Assembly (NCBI RefSeq): GCF_040400325.1
Contig: NZ_JBBAQK010000010.1
Span: 7,698 to 71,697, forward strand
Length of the DNA stretch: 64,000 nt
From: Polynucleobacter sp.
GTDB taxonomy: Bacteria; Pseudomonadota; Gammaproteobacteria; Burkholderiales; Burkholderiaceae
Reading direction: 5' to 3'
The translations under genes and the position numbers were made by a program. Below are positions 34,647 to 45,169 of this stretch, one piece after another. The notes below the pieces were generated by a model that saw nothing but the letters and a program-made list of their open reading frames with translations, made no database searches and was not told the DNA's origin. Positions within the stretch are counted from its first letter, which is position 1. Each line of letters starts with the position of its first letter.

Positions 34647-35455
34647 AAGGCAATGAATGAGGCTATAAGAAGTAGACCCAAATAAAAACCGACTTCTGTA
34701 ATTTGTTGAATAGCACCTAAAGCATCTCCATTGATCCCACCAAGCCTGCTATAAAAAATTCTAAGTAACAACAATAAAACAACTATGCTTGCAAAAATAC
34801 CACCTGCCCACACCCAGCTAGGGTAACAAAGATAAATAATTAAAAATAAAGTCGCGGTCCATAGAGCACCAACTGTAAAAATAGTGAGACGCGGACCGGC
34901 AAACATTGCTTTTGATTTAGAAGAAGATATATCCCCAGAGTAAGGAAGATATGTCATGGCAACTAATACTAAAAATCTGGAGAAGATACTTGCTGCAACA
35001 ATAGCAACAAATGTCAGTGATAAGCTGATCTGTGCAAGGGCTGACAAGAAGATAATTTTGCCCAAAATAGTGCAAATCAGCGCAACCGCTCCATAGGTGC
35101 CAACCCTAGAGTCCTTCATAATCTCAAGCGCTTTTTCTCGTGTTGTAGCGCCGCCCAGTCCATCAACTAAATCTGCTAGCCCATCCTCGTGCAAAGCCCC
35201 GGTAATTAATATTGAAGCAACAATTGCCATGAAGACAGAAACCCAATAATTAGCAACTTGATTTGGTAAAAGTATCATGAAAGTGATGAATACTATTGCT
35301 GTCAATAAACCTACCAGAGATCCGATTAAGGGTAAGTAAGCAGAAGATCGAGCCAAACGCTCCTCACTAAATCCTGCCCAAAGAGCCAATGTCCCGGTAA
35401 CCGGAATTCGAGTAAAGAACTGTATGGCTAATAAAAAGTGACGAAGTGGGTTCAT
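34643..35455 (-). CDS. cobS: Adenosylcobinamide-GDP ribazoletransferase
   Basis: QFFTRIP, TGALHEDGLADLVDG, IMKDSRVGTYG, GGINGDALGA. Confidence 0.93.
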   Translation of the reverse strand: MNPLRHFLLAIQFFTRIPVTGTLALWAGFSEERLARSSAYLPLIGSLVGLLTAIVFITFMILLPNQVANYWVSVFMAIVASILITGALHEDGLADLVDGLGGATTREKALEIMKDSRVGTYGAVALICTILGKIIFLSALAQISLSLTFVAIVAASIFSRFLVLVAMTYLPYSGDISSSKSKAMFAGPRLTIFTVGALWTATLFLIIYLCYPSWVWAGGIFASIVVLLLLLRIFYSRLGGINGDALGAIQQITEVGFYLGLLLIASFIAL

Positions 35456-36489
35456 GATTCGCGAGAAACACCGGCGGACTCAAAACTAGCCATCTCATTA
35501 AGGATTAAACTAGCAGACTGGATCAGCGGCCAAGCAATCATTGCGCCAGACCCCTCTCCCAGCCTAAGCTCTAAATCAATTAACGGCTTAGCTTTCAGAA
35601 TGTCAAGCATCAAGGCATGACCCTTCTCACCTGATTGATGGGTAAAAATGCAATAGTCCAATACAGCATGGTCAATCTTAGAGGCCACCAACACGGCAGA
35701 GCTTACGATAAATCCATCCACTAGTACTACCCTTTTCTCAGCAGCTGCTTTGAGAATTGAGCCGACCATAGTAGCTATCTCAAAACCACCTAATGCCGCC
35801 AAGACCTCAATTGGATCTTTTAACTGACAATGATGTTCAAGAGCTTCACAGAGTACCTGCGTTTTTCGCTTTATAGCCTCCGCATTCAACCCTGTCCCAG
35901 CACCAGTACACAAAGCAACATCTATATTTTCAAGTTTTGAAAATAGCAGGGAAGCCGCGGAGGTATTGCCAATCCCCATTTCTCCAAGTATCAGCACATT
36001 ACCAGGTAACTCCGCAACTACTTGCATACCACTTTCAATACATTGAATTGCCTGAACATATGACATCGCAGAATGCTTAGATGAATCTGCGGTGCCTTTG
36101 CCCACTTTTCGAATCAAAAGTTTCTCTCTAGGCTCAAAGTCGTGATTCACCCCGCAATCAACCACTGTCATATGAATTTGATGCTGACGTGCCAAAACAC
36201 TTACAGCCGCTCCATCAGCCAAAAAATTCTCAACCATCTGCCATGTCACATCACTTGGAAATGCAGATACTCCACGAGCAACAATTCCATGATCACCCGC
36301 ATAGACAACCAGCTGAGGGTCAATTAATTTTGGCTCTAATGTATGTTGAATTTGCCCAATCCTAATAGCTAATTCCTCAAGACGCCCTAAAGATCCAACA
36401 GGCTTCGTTTTATTGTCTATCTTTGCCTGCAGTGTAATTAATAATTCAGCATCTTTACAAGGTGTAATTTTTGGTAATGTAATGTTCAT
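35452..36489 (-). CDS. cobT: Nicotinate-nucleotide--dimethylbenzimidazole phosphoribosyltransferase
   Basis: KTKPVGSLGRLE, GDHG, GEMGIGNT, LGGFEIA, LRLGEGSG. Confidence 0.94.
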   Translation of the reverse strand: MNITLPKITPCKDAELLITLQAKIDNKTKPVGSLGRLEELAIRIGQIQHTLEPKLIDPQLVVYAGDHGIVARGVSAFPSDVTWQMVENFLADGAAVSVLARQHQIHMTVVDCGVNHDFEPREKLLIRKVGKGTADSSKHSAMSYVQAIQCIESGMQVVAELPGNVLILGEMGIGNTSAASLLFSKLENIDVALCTGAGTGLNAEAIKRKTQVLCEALEHHCQLKDPIEVLAALGGFEIATMVGSILKAAAEKRVVLVDGFIVSSAVLVASKIDHAVLDYCIFTHQSGEKGHALMLDILKAKPLIDLELRLGEGSGAMIAWPLIQSASLILNEMASFESAGVSRES

Positions 36490-36495
36490 CAGATC

Positions 36496-37956
36496 CTACT
36501 GGACAAGGGTTTGGAAATAACCGGGGTCAACCGTAATACTTTGCTGCAGATGCAATGCCAGGTTATTAAAGACTGCTTCTAAGGGGGTGGATTCACTACT
36601 AAATAAAGCTTGAATGACATTTTCATTTTCAAATAAGCCATGTAAATAAATCCCTAAAATATTTCCCTGAGAGTTGATCCAAGCACAATCAGGTAATAAC
36701 TCAATTGCAGTATTGGACACGCCATTAATCTCTATTATTTCCGTTTTGCCATGATGAATTTCATAGCCAGAAATATCAAGAAAAGATAAGGCCATCCAAA
36801 GTCCAGGTACAGAACCAAACCTTATTTCAGATTTTTTTACGAGCTTATCCTGTTCGAAGCGAGTTTTTATTGGGAGTAATTGAACTCCCTCCCCCGTGCC
36901 ATCTATACAGTAGGGATCCTCCAATAAGTAGCCCAACATCTGTAGGCCGCCGCAGATTCCTAAAATAGATTTTCCTGCACTAGCATGAGCAAGAATACGC
37001 TTATCAATCTGTTGATTTTTTAACCAACTTAAATCTGAGCTCGTATGCTTTGAGCCTGGCAGGATAATCAAATCAACATCCTGTATATCGGATGGACTCT
37101 TGACCCAAGATAAATTTATATTTGACATATTTTTCAATGCCTGAAATTCATCTAGATTACTTATATGGGGATAAACAACAATAGCAATACTAAAGGTTGC
37201 GTTGTTCCTAGCAATTAAATTTGCATCGAACACACCATCCTCCTCAGGTAATCCGTGATCAGGCAACATAGGTACAACCGCTATAACCGGAACCCCACAT
37301 AATTCGCTTAATTTCTCAGGTCCTGGCGATAGTAACTTAGCGTCACCCCTAAATTTATTTAACAGAAAACCTGAAATAAGGGATTGATTCTCTTCTCCAA
37401 GTAACATCCAGGTTCCATAAAGATGGGCAAATGCTCCGCCGCGATCTATATCTGTGACTATCAAGCAGCGTGCACCTACATGGCGCGCAACTCTCATATT
37501 CACAATATCGCTAGACATCAAATTAATTTCAGCGGGTGATCCGGCTCCCTCAATAACGACAATATCGTTTCTTTCAACTAACCAGTCTAATGAGGCCTGA
37601 ATCTCAGGCCAGACTTTTTCTGATCTCTCCCGCCATGGAACTTTTGAGAGTTCTTGGTTTACCTTACCTAATAAAATGACCTGACTTTTATTGTCAGCCT
37701 CAGGCTTAAGAAGAACAGGATTCATTTGCACAATGGGCTCTACATTTGCAGCCAATGCCTGGAAATATTGAGCAGATCCAATCTCTCCCTGATGAATTCC
37801 GATGCCAACTACACGAGCATTGTTACTCATATTCTGCGCTTTAAAAGGCGCAACTTTATACCCAAGCTGCACATATATCCGACACAATGCTGTGGCAATC
37901 CAGCTTTTTCCAGCTCCGCTTGAGGTGCCTAAGACCATAATGCACTTGGCTGTCAT
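36496..37956 (-). CDS. cobQ: Cobyric acid synthase
   Basis: GTSSGAGKS, FKAQNMSNN, EGAGSPAEINL, DIDRGG, GICGGLQMLG, YLHGLF. Confidence 0.94.
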   Translation of the reverse strand: MTAKCIMVLGTSSGAGKSWIATALCRIYVQLGYKVAPFKAQNMSNNARVVGIGIHQGEIGSAQYFQALAANVEPIVQMNPVLLKPEADNKSQVILLGKVNQELSKVPWRERSEKVWPEIQASLDWLVERNDIVVIEGAGSPAEINLMSSDIVNMRVARHVGARCLIVTDIDRGGAFAHLYGTWMLLGEENQSLISGFLLNKFRGDAKLLSPGPEKLSELCGVPVIAVVPMLPDHGLPEEDGVFDANLIARNNATFSIAIVVYPHISNLDEFQALKNMSNINLSWVKSPSDIQDVDLIILPGSKHTSSDLSWLKNQQIDKRILAHASAGKSILGICGGLQMLGYLLEDPYCIDGTGEGVQLLPIKTRFEQDKLVKKSEIRFGSVPGLWMALSFLDISGYEIHHGKTEIIEINGVSNTAIELLPDCAWINSQGNILGIYLHGLFENENVIQALFSSESTPLEAVFNNLALHLQQSITVDPGYFQTLVQ

Positions 37957-38972
37957 TCTTTTCCAATCGATATGACTGCATCTAAAAATTTTGACTGCGT
38001 TGCAGGTGACATAACAGCCATGCGGAAATGATCAGCCAAGCCAAAAGAGCTAGTATCTCGTAACTTAATAGCGTGACGTCTTAAGTGCGACTGAAATTCA
38101 AATAAATTTGTCCTCTGTGGATTGACGCAAAAGAAATTGCTAACACTATGCAATGGTAACCAGCCAATCTGCTTGCATACCTCAATCTGCCTGACCTTCC
38201 AGTCACGCAAAATATCCAGAGATTGATTTAGCCAGTCTTGAGATCGACTATCCGCCCATATAGATAACATTCCAACTCCATGAGCACCTAAGACCCATGA
38301 GCTAGCCATAGAATTTAGCTCTTGAATTAATTTCTGTGAATTAGTGGGGCCGATAATATATGCACCCCTAATTCCCGTTATACCTAGCGCCTTATTAGGT
38401 GACCACATCTGCCATACCAAATCTAATTCGGACTGATTTAAAGCTAAATGCCCCTCCAGTCTCAATGGCTCATACGCAAGATCTAAAACTGCAATTTGCT
38501 CGGACCTCAAGGAGGCGACAAGATTGTTAATTCCCTCTATGGATCGCCCAAGTGGACTTGATGGATCACAAAGCCAAACTAAATCTGCTTCCATAATATT
38601 TTTGGTACTGACAAACTGCCATGTGTCTGCTGCATTCTGGTAATCCCCATAGCAATATTCTGGAAACCAAACTATTGGGGGCAAATTCGATTCATCCTGT
38701 AAAGATTTTCTTGCAACATAAGCAGTCACTCGATAAATGAACTCACTTGCACTTCCCGCAATCAATATTCGCTCTGAATCAACTTGGTGCTTAGTTGCTA
38801 AACATTGTCGTAGTTTGACGTATTCAGGATCAGGATAATATCGAAAGCTTGTTTGCTGGATTGCGTTCAATACGAAATGCGGGGCACCCACAATATTTGC
38901 ATTACTAGAAAAATCATGGGCGGGTACCCCTGCACGATCGGGCCCTCCGTGAATGCGCTTAGAGGGCACCAT
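37953..38972 (-). CDS. cobD: L-threonine-O-3-phosphate decarboxylase (PLP class I/II)
   Basis: HGG, DFSSNAN, YPDP, AGSASEFI, DLAYEP, SPNKALG. Position in the cob operon. Confidence 0.8.
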   Translation of the reverse strand: MVPSKRIHGGPDRAGVPAHDFSSNANIVGAPHFVLNAIQQTSFRYYPDPEYVKLRQCLATKHQVDSERILIAGSASEFIYRVTAYVARKSLQDESNLPPIVWFPEYCYGDYQNAADTWQFVSTKNIMEADLVWLCDPSSPLGRSIEGINNLVASLRSEQIAVLDLAYEPLRLEGHLALNQSELDLVWQMWSPNKALGITGIRGAYIIGPTNSQKLIQELNSMASSWVLGAHGVGMLSIWADSRSQDWLNQSLDILRDWKVRQIEVCKQIGWLPLHSVSNFFCVNPQRTNLFEFQSHLRRHAIKLRDTSSFGLADHFRMAVMSPATQSKFLDAVISIGKE

Positions 38973-38982
38973 GTGATCAAGA

Positions 38983-39957
38983 TTATTCAAAAAGAATCCC
39001 AATTAATAATAGGCCGCAAAGTAAAGAAAGAAATATGATAATTTTGTCACCAATGCGACAGGCCCCTTGAATATCATCAGCATTGGGCACCCTACCTTGA
39101 GGATTTAATTCATAAATCCCAGGCTTACTTAACTTGAGACCTAAAACCAATGCCATAGCGCCCATAGGCCATCCACCATTTGGTGATGGAGTCTTTCTTG
39201 ATTCAGACAGCAATGCCCGAAAAAAAGATACTCTGCCGATTAAAAAAATCAATAAGGCCGTCAAAATTGCAGGAATCCACGACAAAATATCATCGACTTT
39301 TGCAGCAAATTTTCCAAACCACTCCCAATAAAAACCGTTTTTTGATGTTCTGTATCCCCACATAGCATCAGCAGTATTTGCGAAGCGATAGAGCGCGGCT
39401 GCTGGCAAGCCGCCAATAGCAAACCAAAATAATGGCGCAATAACAGAGTCATTTAAGTTCTCGGAAAGAGTTTCAATGGCACTCTCTCGAACCTGAGTAT
39501 CCGTTAAGGATTTAACATTACGACTCACCAACCGACTAATCCGCTCCCTACCTTGATCCAAGGATTGATCCAAGGCAAAAGAAACAGCTAACACTTCATT
39601 CCTTAACATGCGCCAGGAAAGCAGAGTACTCAAAAGGACGCCCGTTAAAAAGCTATGTAGATAGAGATTAAAAGACTCGAATATCGATTCAAAGAAGACT
39701 GCAATAGAGATGGTAATTGTTACGCCTAGTATCCATAGTAATGTGCCCTTAAGTAACTGCCAATATGATCCTCTGGCAAATTTTTCAGCATAAATAGGTG
39801 CGTAATGTGATGCGGCCCAATTTAAAAAAATTCCCATGCCAATTACTGGATGAAGATAATTTGGAGGCTCGCCGAAAAACCAATCTACTGCCAATGCAAT
39901 CAACATTGATAGTGCAATAAATTGGATGAAAGATTGATCCATATGATTAATCAACAA
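38983..39957 (-). CDS. cbiB: Adenosylcobinamide-phosphate synthase
   Basis: GEPP..LHPV, LVSR, IETLSENLNDSVIAPLF, YRFANTADAMWGY, SPNGGWP. Confidence 0.93.
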   Translation of the reverse strand: MLINHMDQSFIQFIALSMLIALAVDWFFGEPPNYLHPVIGMGIFLNWAASHYAPIYAEKFARGSYWQLLKGTLLWILGVTITISIAVFFESIFESFNLYLHSFLTGVLLSTLLSWRMLRNEVLAVSFALDQSLDQGRERISRLVSRNVKSLTDTQVRESAIETLSENLNDSVIAPLFWFAIGGLPAAALYRFANTADAMWGYRTSKNGFYWEWFGKFAAKVDDILSWIPAILTALLIFLIGRVSFFRALLSESRKTPSPNGGWPMGAMALVLGLKLSKPGIYELNPQGRVPNADDIQGACRIGDKIIIFLSLLCGLLLIGILFE

Positions 39958-39974
39958 ATAATTTTTTATTATTC

Positions 39975-40544
39975 TTAATCTTCGATTCCTCGTTGTGCGG
40001 GTATACCTGCATTAAATGCATGCTTAATTTTTGCCATTTCAGTCACCGTATCTGCGATATCAATAATTTCTTGAGGGCACCTTCTTCCAGTAAGGCAGAC
40101 ATGAACCTCTTTTGGGCGATCTTTTAAAGTTTTTAACACCTCATTCAAGTCTAGCCACCCATAAATGAGTGGGTAGGTAATCTCATCGAGCACAACCAAA
40201 AAATAATCCCCTGAAAGGATCGCTAGTTTGGCCTTCTCCCACCCATCCCTGGCTAATTGGCCTGAATTATCTAGGTCCTTACTCTTCCAACTAAAACCAT
40301 CTCCTAGTCCTTCGATGGGAATCCCAATAGCCTCGAAGGCTCGATGCTCCCCAAATCTTGCAGTAGGAACTTTCATAAACTGATAAACCTTTACTTTCTT
40401 CCCACGGCCATGAGCACGAATAGACAAACCTAAAGCTGCAGTACTTTTACCTTTTCCATCACCAGTATTAACAATGATTAGCCCCCGTCGCTCTCCCTCA
40501 GCCTTGTCATATGGCTTCTCAGTAGGTGGAATTTCAATTTCCAT
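39975..40544 (-). CDS. cobO: Cob(I)yrinic acid a,c-diamide adenosyltransferase
   Basis: VNTGDGKGKSTAALG, VVLDEI, LTGR, KHAFNAGIPAQRGIED. Confidence 0.94.
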   Translation of the reverse strand: MEIEIPPTEKPYDKAEGERRGLIIVNTGDGKGKSTAALGLSIRAHGRGKKVKVYQFMKVPTARFGEHRAFEAIGIPIEGLGDGFSWKSKDLDNSGQLARDGWEKAKLAILSGDYFLVVLDEITYPLIYGWLDLNEVLKTLKDRPKEVHVCLTGRRCPQEIIDIADTVTEMAKIKHAFNAGIPAQRGIED

Positions 40545-40577
40545 AGATTGCTCTTTTCCTTGGCTATGTAGCTAGCA

Positions 40578-41357
40578 TTAATTAAATAAAACGACGAAAT
40601 CATCCATGAGTGGATAAATCTTTATCCTTTGATCGAATACCTTTTCAATATCGCGATGCAAGCCCAAATCTTGACTTGAATTCTGATTAATTACCCTCCC
40701 TTGATCCATAATGACAATCTCATCTGAATGAAGTGCAAAAGAAATTTCATGCAGGACAGTAATTATTGTTTTATTGCTATTTACTAGTCCTTTGATTAAA
40801 TTAAGACAATCTGCTTGATGAGGTGGATCAAGATTATTCAAGGGCTCATCCATCATTAAAATCTGGGCATCAACAGCCAAGGCCCGTGCTATCAAAACTC
40901 TCTGACGCTCTCCCCCGGAGAGCTCATCTACCGATCTATTAATCCAACCATCTGCTTGTACCTGCCTTAGGGCATCCAATACAGCTAAATGATCCTGTTG
41001 AGAGGGGCTGCCGATCCATGACTGATGAGGAAGCCTACCAAGCATCACTAAATCATATACAGACATATCTCCATTGATGGCTTCACTCTGACCTAACCAT
41101 GAGATCAGTTTTGCCCTCGATTTTGCTGATAACTGACGCATGTCCTGTTCAAATATGCTTGTCTGAAAGGATCCCTGAATGAGGCCTGCAAAGACACGCA
41201 ATAAAGTTGATTTGCCTGCGCCATTAGGCCCAATAATCGATGTCCACTTGCCACTAGAGATCTTTAAGCTCACTTGATCGACTGCAGTAATTGCGCCTAA
41301 AAGTACAGAGACTTCTGAGACTTGAATAGCGGTACTTTGATTTGACGCAAGACTCAT
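40578..41357 (-). CDS. ABC transporter ATPase (BtuD/FecE-like)
   Basis: GPNGAGKST, LSGGERQRV, MDEP. Confidence 0.9.
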   Translation of the reverse strand: MSLASNQSTAIQVSEVSVLLGAITAVDQVSLKISSGKWTSIIGPNGAGKSTLLRVFAGLIQGSFQTSIFEQDMRQLSAKSRAKLISWLGQSEAINGDMSVYDLVMLGRLPHQSWIGSPSQQDHLAVLDALRQVQADGWINRSVDELSGGERQRVLIARALAVDAQILMMDEPLNNLDPPHQADCLNLIKGLVNSNKTIITVLHEISFALHSDEIVIMDQGRVINQNSSQDLGLHRDIEKVFDQRIKIYPLMDDFVVLFN

Positions 41358-42373
41358 TGAAATCCCCTTCTACCCTTTGCACCATACATTAACCAGAGCA
41401 AATATCCTCCGCCCAATAAGGCAGTCAAAACGCCCACAGGTAATTCTTGAGGGGCAATCAGATATCGGGACAATACATCTGCTGCAAGCAGCACTAAACC
41501 ACCCATCATCGCAGAAAGCAATAGTAATCTTGAATGATTAACACGAATCAGAGAACGTACGAGATGAGGTGAAACCAATCCCACAAATGCTACTAGGCCA
41601 ACCTGCGCAACTGCAGCTCCCGTAGCTAAAGAAATTACTCCAATTAATGCGATTCGAGTAAGGTCTAATTTCAATCCCAAACTGACTGCCGTGATTTCTC
41701 CTAAAATAAGGCCGTCCAACACTCTACTCAACAGAATTCCGGTAATCAAGGATATAAGCAGAGCACCAAACATCACAATACAAGCATTCCAGCCCACAAA
41801 TCCTGTAGAGCCCAAAAGAAACGCCTGCATTGCCTGCAAAATTTCCGGCGACATCAACGTCACAATTGAACTCATTGCACCAAATATGACACCTACAATG
41901 ACTCCTGATAGGAGTAAGCGCAAGGAATTTTGTGCGCCTCTTGCTAGTATTAAAGTTAAAAGTACAGCAAGTACAGCGCCAATAAAGGCGGCACCTGTTA
42001 AACCAAGACGCACCAACCAATAAGTAGCAAAAGGACTGCCGCCAAAAAGCATCAGACTGATAGCAACTGCAAAAGAAGCTCCAGAAGCGCTACCCAACAA
42101 ATAAGGATCAGCTAAAGGATTTCTAAACAATCCCTGCGCTATCGCGCCTGTCAAGCCAAGTAGTGCGCCTGCTAAAAAAGCGCCTATGGACCTCGGTAGC
42201 CGAATTTGCCAAATTATTTTGGCCGCTACTGGATCAGAAAGTGAGTTAAATACTGTTTTCAGCCCCGTGCTTCCTACTGCAATACCACACAGAATCAACA
42301 CTAAGCCTAGACTAAATAATAGTAATAAACAAAGAAAAAATGCTCTGGAGGCTGACTTTCCATCACTAATCAT
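41354..42373 (-). CDS. ABC transporter permease (BtuC/FecCD-like)
   Basis: IRLPR, FRNPLADPYLLG, FVGLVSPH, ELPVG. Confidence 0.9.
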   Translation of the reverse strand: MISDGKSASRAFFLCLLLLFSLGLVLILCGIAVGSTGLKTVFNSLSDPVAAKIIWQIRLPRSIGAFLAGALLGLTGAIAQGLFRNPLADPYLLGSASGASFAVAISLMLFGGSPFATYWLVRLGLTGAAFIGAVLAVLLTLILARGAQNSLRLLLSGVIVGVIFGAMSSIVTLMSPEILQAMQAFLLGSTGFVGWNACIVMFGALLISLITGILLSRVLDGLILGEITAVSLGLKLDLTRIALIGVISLATGAAVAQVGLVAFVGLVSPHLVRSLIRVNHSRLLLLSAMMGGLVLLAADVLSRYLIAPQELPVGVLTALLGGGYLLWLMYGAKGRRGFQ

Positions 42374-43260
42374 CGTATGAATTTAAGAGAATTTTTCGTA
42401 GAAATTTTTTTACTGGACAAGCAATCCACTATTACCATTGCACCTTCAGCCATTCTTGGGCCAGGACGAATGATGACGTCTGCATCACTCTCCTTAAAAA
42501 TGCAAGTATTCCCTTTCTTTAGTGCATCCAGTTGAGACCATCCAGGGCGATCATTCATACCTATATAGTTTCGATCGCCCACCATAATCACATCGGGATT
42601 TAAACTCACTACAAATTCAGGGCTAATTTTTGGGAATGGCCCTAAGGAGGCTGGAATAACATTCGACAACCCTAAACGCCCCAAAGTCTCGCCAATAAAT
42701 GAAGTAGGCCCTGCTGCATAAGGTGCACTATTTACTTCGAAGTAAACCTTTGCTTTCACAGCGTCAGGCGGTAATAATTTAGCCGCTTTCTCAAGGCCAA
42801 AATCAATATCATCCCAAATTTTTTGTGCCTCTCTTTTCGGAACTCCTAAAATAAGAGCTAACTTTTCAATTGTTCTTTTTACATCTGAATAGCTTTTTGA
42901 ATCTATAGAGAAAACTGGGACACCCAGGCTTTTAAGTCGCTCACTTGCCCTAGGAGACGATCCTACTAAAACCAAGTCTGGATTGAGGGAAATAATTGCC
43001 TCAACATTTGGATCCAAACCACCACCTAATTTTGGCAGACTTAAAATACTTTTAGGCCAATTAGAATAGCGATCCACCCCAATCAACTGAGAACACTTCC
43101 CTAAGATACACACTGTCTCTGTAATTGATGGAAGCATACTCACAATTCTTTTTGGTGGCTCTTTAAATTGCACCACAATGCCATGATCATCAACCACCTC
43201 ATACGCAAAAGATGGGTTAGTAAAAAGCAGTGCGAGGCAGAAGTAGATAAATTTCATCAT
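42370..43260 (-). CDS. Periplasmic corrinoid-binding protein (BtuF-like)
   Basis: Signal peptide, PKRIVSMLPSITE, NVEAIISLNPDLV, RPGPR. Confidence 0.88.
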   Translation of the reverse strand: MMKFIYFCLALLFTNPSFAYEVVDDHGIVVQFKEPPKRIVSMLPSITETVCILGKCSQLIGVDRYSNWPKSILSLPKLGGGLDPNVEAIISLNPDLVLVGSSPRASERLKSLGVPVFSIDSKSYSDVKRTIEKLALILGVPKREAQKIWDDIDFGLEKAAKLLPPDAVKAKVYFEVNSAPYAAGPTSFIGETLGRLGLSNVIPASLGPFPKISPEFVVSLNPDVIMVGDRNYIGMNDRPGWSQLDALKKGNTCIFKESDADVIIRPGPRMAEGAMVIVDCLSSKKISTKNSLKFIR

Positions 43261-43835
43261 ACGCCCTTAATCACTAAAGGCACTCCCGCAATCATGAGAG
43301 TAACTTCATCACAAATACGAGCAATTTTTTGATTCAATATCCCGAGCTCATCTACAAATTGTCGAATTTCACGACCCATTGGGATGACCCCCATACCAAT
43401 CTCATTGCTAACGAATATGATAGGACCTCGAGCGCTTTTTACTGCGCTAAGGAGATCATCAATTGCTGCTGAAGTACTCTCAAACTCTGCAGCAACTAAT
43501 TCTGAATGTGGCATCAGCAAATTTGTCAGCCATATAGTTAAGCAGTCAATCACAATCAAATGATTAACTGATGATTGTTCCCTAATAACTCTACCTAGAT
43601 CAGTCGGCTCCTCTATCAATAGCATAGTCGGAATTTTTTGAGCGCGATCATTTTGATGTCTTTTAATTTTTAAATGCATTTCTTCATCTAGTGCTTGGGC
43701 AGTAGCAACAAGAACAGCAGTCCTTTTATTTGATTGCGACAGCCATTCTTTCGTTAGTAATTCAGCGTGTGCTGACTTTCCACTTTTCTGACCACCCAGA
43801 ATAAGATGGGCTCTGCTTATTTCGCTGGAACTCAT
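43257..43835 (-). CDS. cobU: Bifunctional adenosylcobinamide kinase/guanylyltransferase
   Basis: LGGQKSGKS, RHQNDR, IDCLTIWLTN, VSNEIGMG, LGILNQ. Confidence 0.92.
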   Translation of the reverse strand: MSSSEISRAHLILGGQKSGKSAHAELLTKEWLSQSNKRTAVLVATAQALDEEMHLKIKRHQNDRAQKIPTMLLIEEPTDLGRVIREQSSVNHLIVIDCLTIWLTNLLMPHSELVAAEFESTSAAIDDLLSAVKSARGPIIFVSNEIGMGVIPMGREIRQFVDELGILNQKIARICDEVTLMIAGVPLVIKGV

Positions 43836-45163
43836 AGACTATTCTTCGCAAGAAAAAGAGATGCTGTAGCTTCATAATTTGATGAAAACCAGGCATGGAA
43901 ATAGCTCGCCTTAATCGGGCCGAGCTGATACAAAGCCTCCCCTGACGAAGCGCTACTTATTTTTTTAGAGGCACAGATTTTGACGGGCAAGTCTGTTTTA
44001 CATATAGAGTAATGAAAAGTATGGCCACGCAATATCCCTTCATCGAACTCAAAAAATTGAGCCCCTAAACCACCTAATTTTTGTTGCATTAAAACCGACC
44101 CACCCAAAAATCCCCACATGGGATGACTAATGCCGTCAGCCGAAACAATCTCCTGAAATAAACACATCATTCCTCCACATTCGGCCCATATTGGAATATC
44201 TTGATTGAGTAGATTTTCAATGCTTTTTCGCATGGCAACATTGCCATAAAGAGCATCCGTGTAAAGCTCTGGATATCCTCCGGGAAGCCATAAAGCATCG
44301 CACTTAGGGACTTGGGCATCTTCCATAGGAGAAAAAAATACGATCTCAGCACCTAATAATCTCAAAGCCTCTAAATTGGCCTCATAAATAAAGCAAAATG
44401 CTTTATCTCTTGCAATAGCAATTGTTTTTCCTAGCAACAGCGGCTTAATAGAAATAAGTTCATTTGGTAGTTCAAATTCTACATTCCACTTACTAAATGC
44501 AGAGATATTCATTTTTGCTAGCTCAGTGTTTTCTAGCGCATCAGCAAAAGCTTCAATCCTCTGCAAACCATCCTCCAACTCATCGGCTATAACTAAACCA
44601 AGGTGCCGCTCAGGCATTTCTAGATCAGCATTACGAAACACGGCGCCATTCCAATCGTCTTCATCACGAATTGCAGACCTTAGCATTAGGGCGTGACCCT
44701 CAGTCGCAACACGATTTGCTAATACCCCCGCCCAAGGTAATCCTTCAACATAAGTCTTAAGACCGTGAGCTAGGGCACCAAATGTGCCTGCCATAGAGCT
44801 TGCATCGATTACTGCAAGAATAGAGATTTTAAAATGAAGGGCAAGTTCTGCAGCACTTGGTTCACCATCATACAAACCCATTGCACCTTCAATCAAAATT
44901 AGATCAGCATCTTGAGCCGCTTTATATAGTCGACTTTTGCAATATTCAGATCCTGTCATCCACATATCTAACTGATAGACTGGATGGTTACTAGCCATCT
45001 GCAGCCAATAAGGATCAATGAAATCAGGCCCATATTTAAAGACCCGAATTTTCATCCCCTTACGCGCAAGCATCCGCGCAATTCCACAAGTAATAGTCGT
45101 TTTCCCCTGACCAGAAGCAGGTGCAGAAATAAAAATTGCTGGACATGCCTGAGTAGCGGACAT
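43832..45163 (-). CDS. cobB: Cobyrinate a,c-diamide synthase
   Basis: SGQGKTT, GPDFIDP, IEGAMGLYDG, PERHLGL, LPGGYPE, AECGGMM, HYS. Confidence 0.92.
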   Translation of the reverse strand: MSATQACPAIFISAPASGQGKTTITCGIARMLARKGMKIRVFKYGPDFIDPYWLQMASNHPVYQLDMWMTGSEYCKSRLYKAAQDADLILIEGAMGLYDGEPSAAELALHFKISILAVIDASSMAGTFGALAHGLKTYVEGLPWAGVLANRVATEGHALMLRSAIRDEDDWNGAVFRNADLEMPERHLGLVIADELEDGLQRIEAFADALENTELAKMNISAFSKWNVEFELPNELISIKPLLLGKTIAIARDKAFCFIYEANLEALRLLGAEIVFFSPMEDAQVPKCDALWLPGGYPELYTDALYGNVAMRKSIENLLNQDIPIWAECGGMMCLFQEIVSADGISHPMWGFLGGSVLMQQKLGGLGAQFFEFDEGILRGHTFHYSICKTDLPVKICASKKISSASSGEALYQLGPIKASYFHAWFSSNYEATASLFLAKNSL

Positions 45164-45169
45164 ATGAAT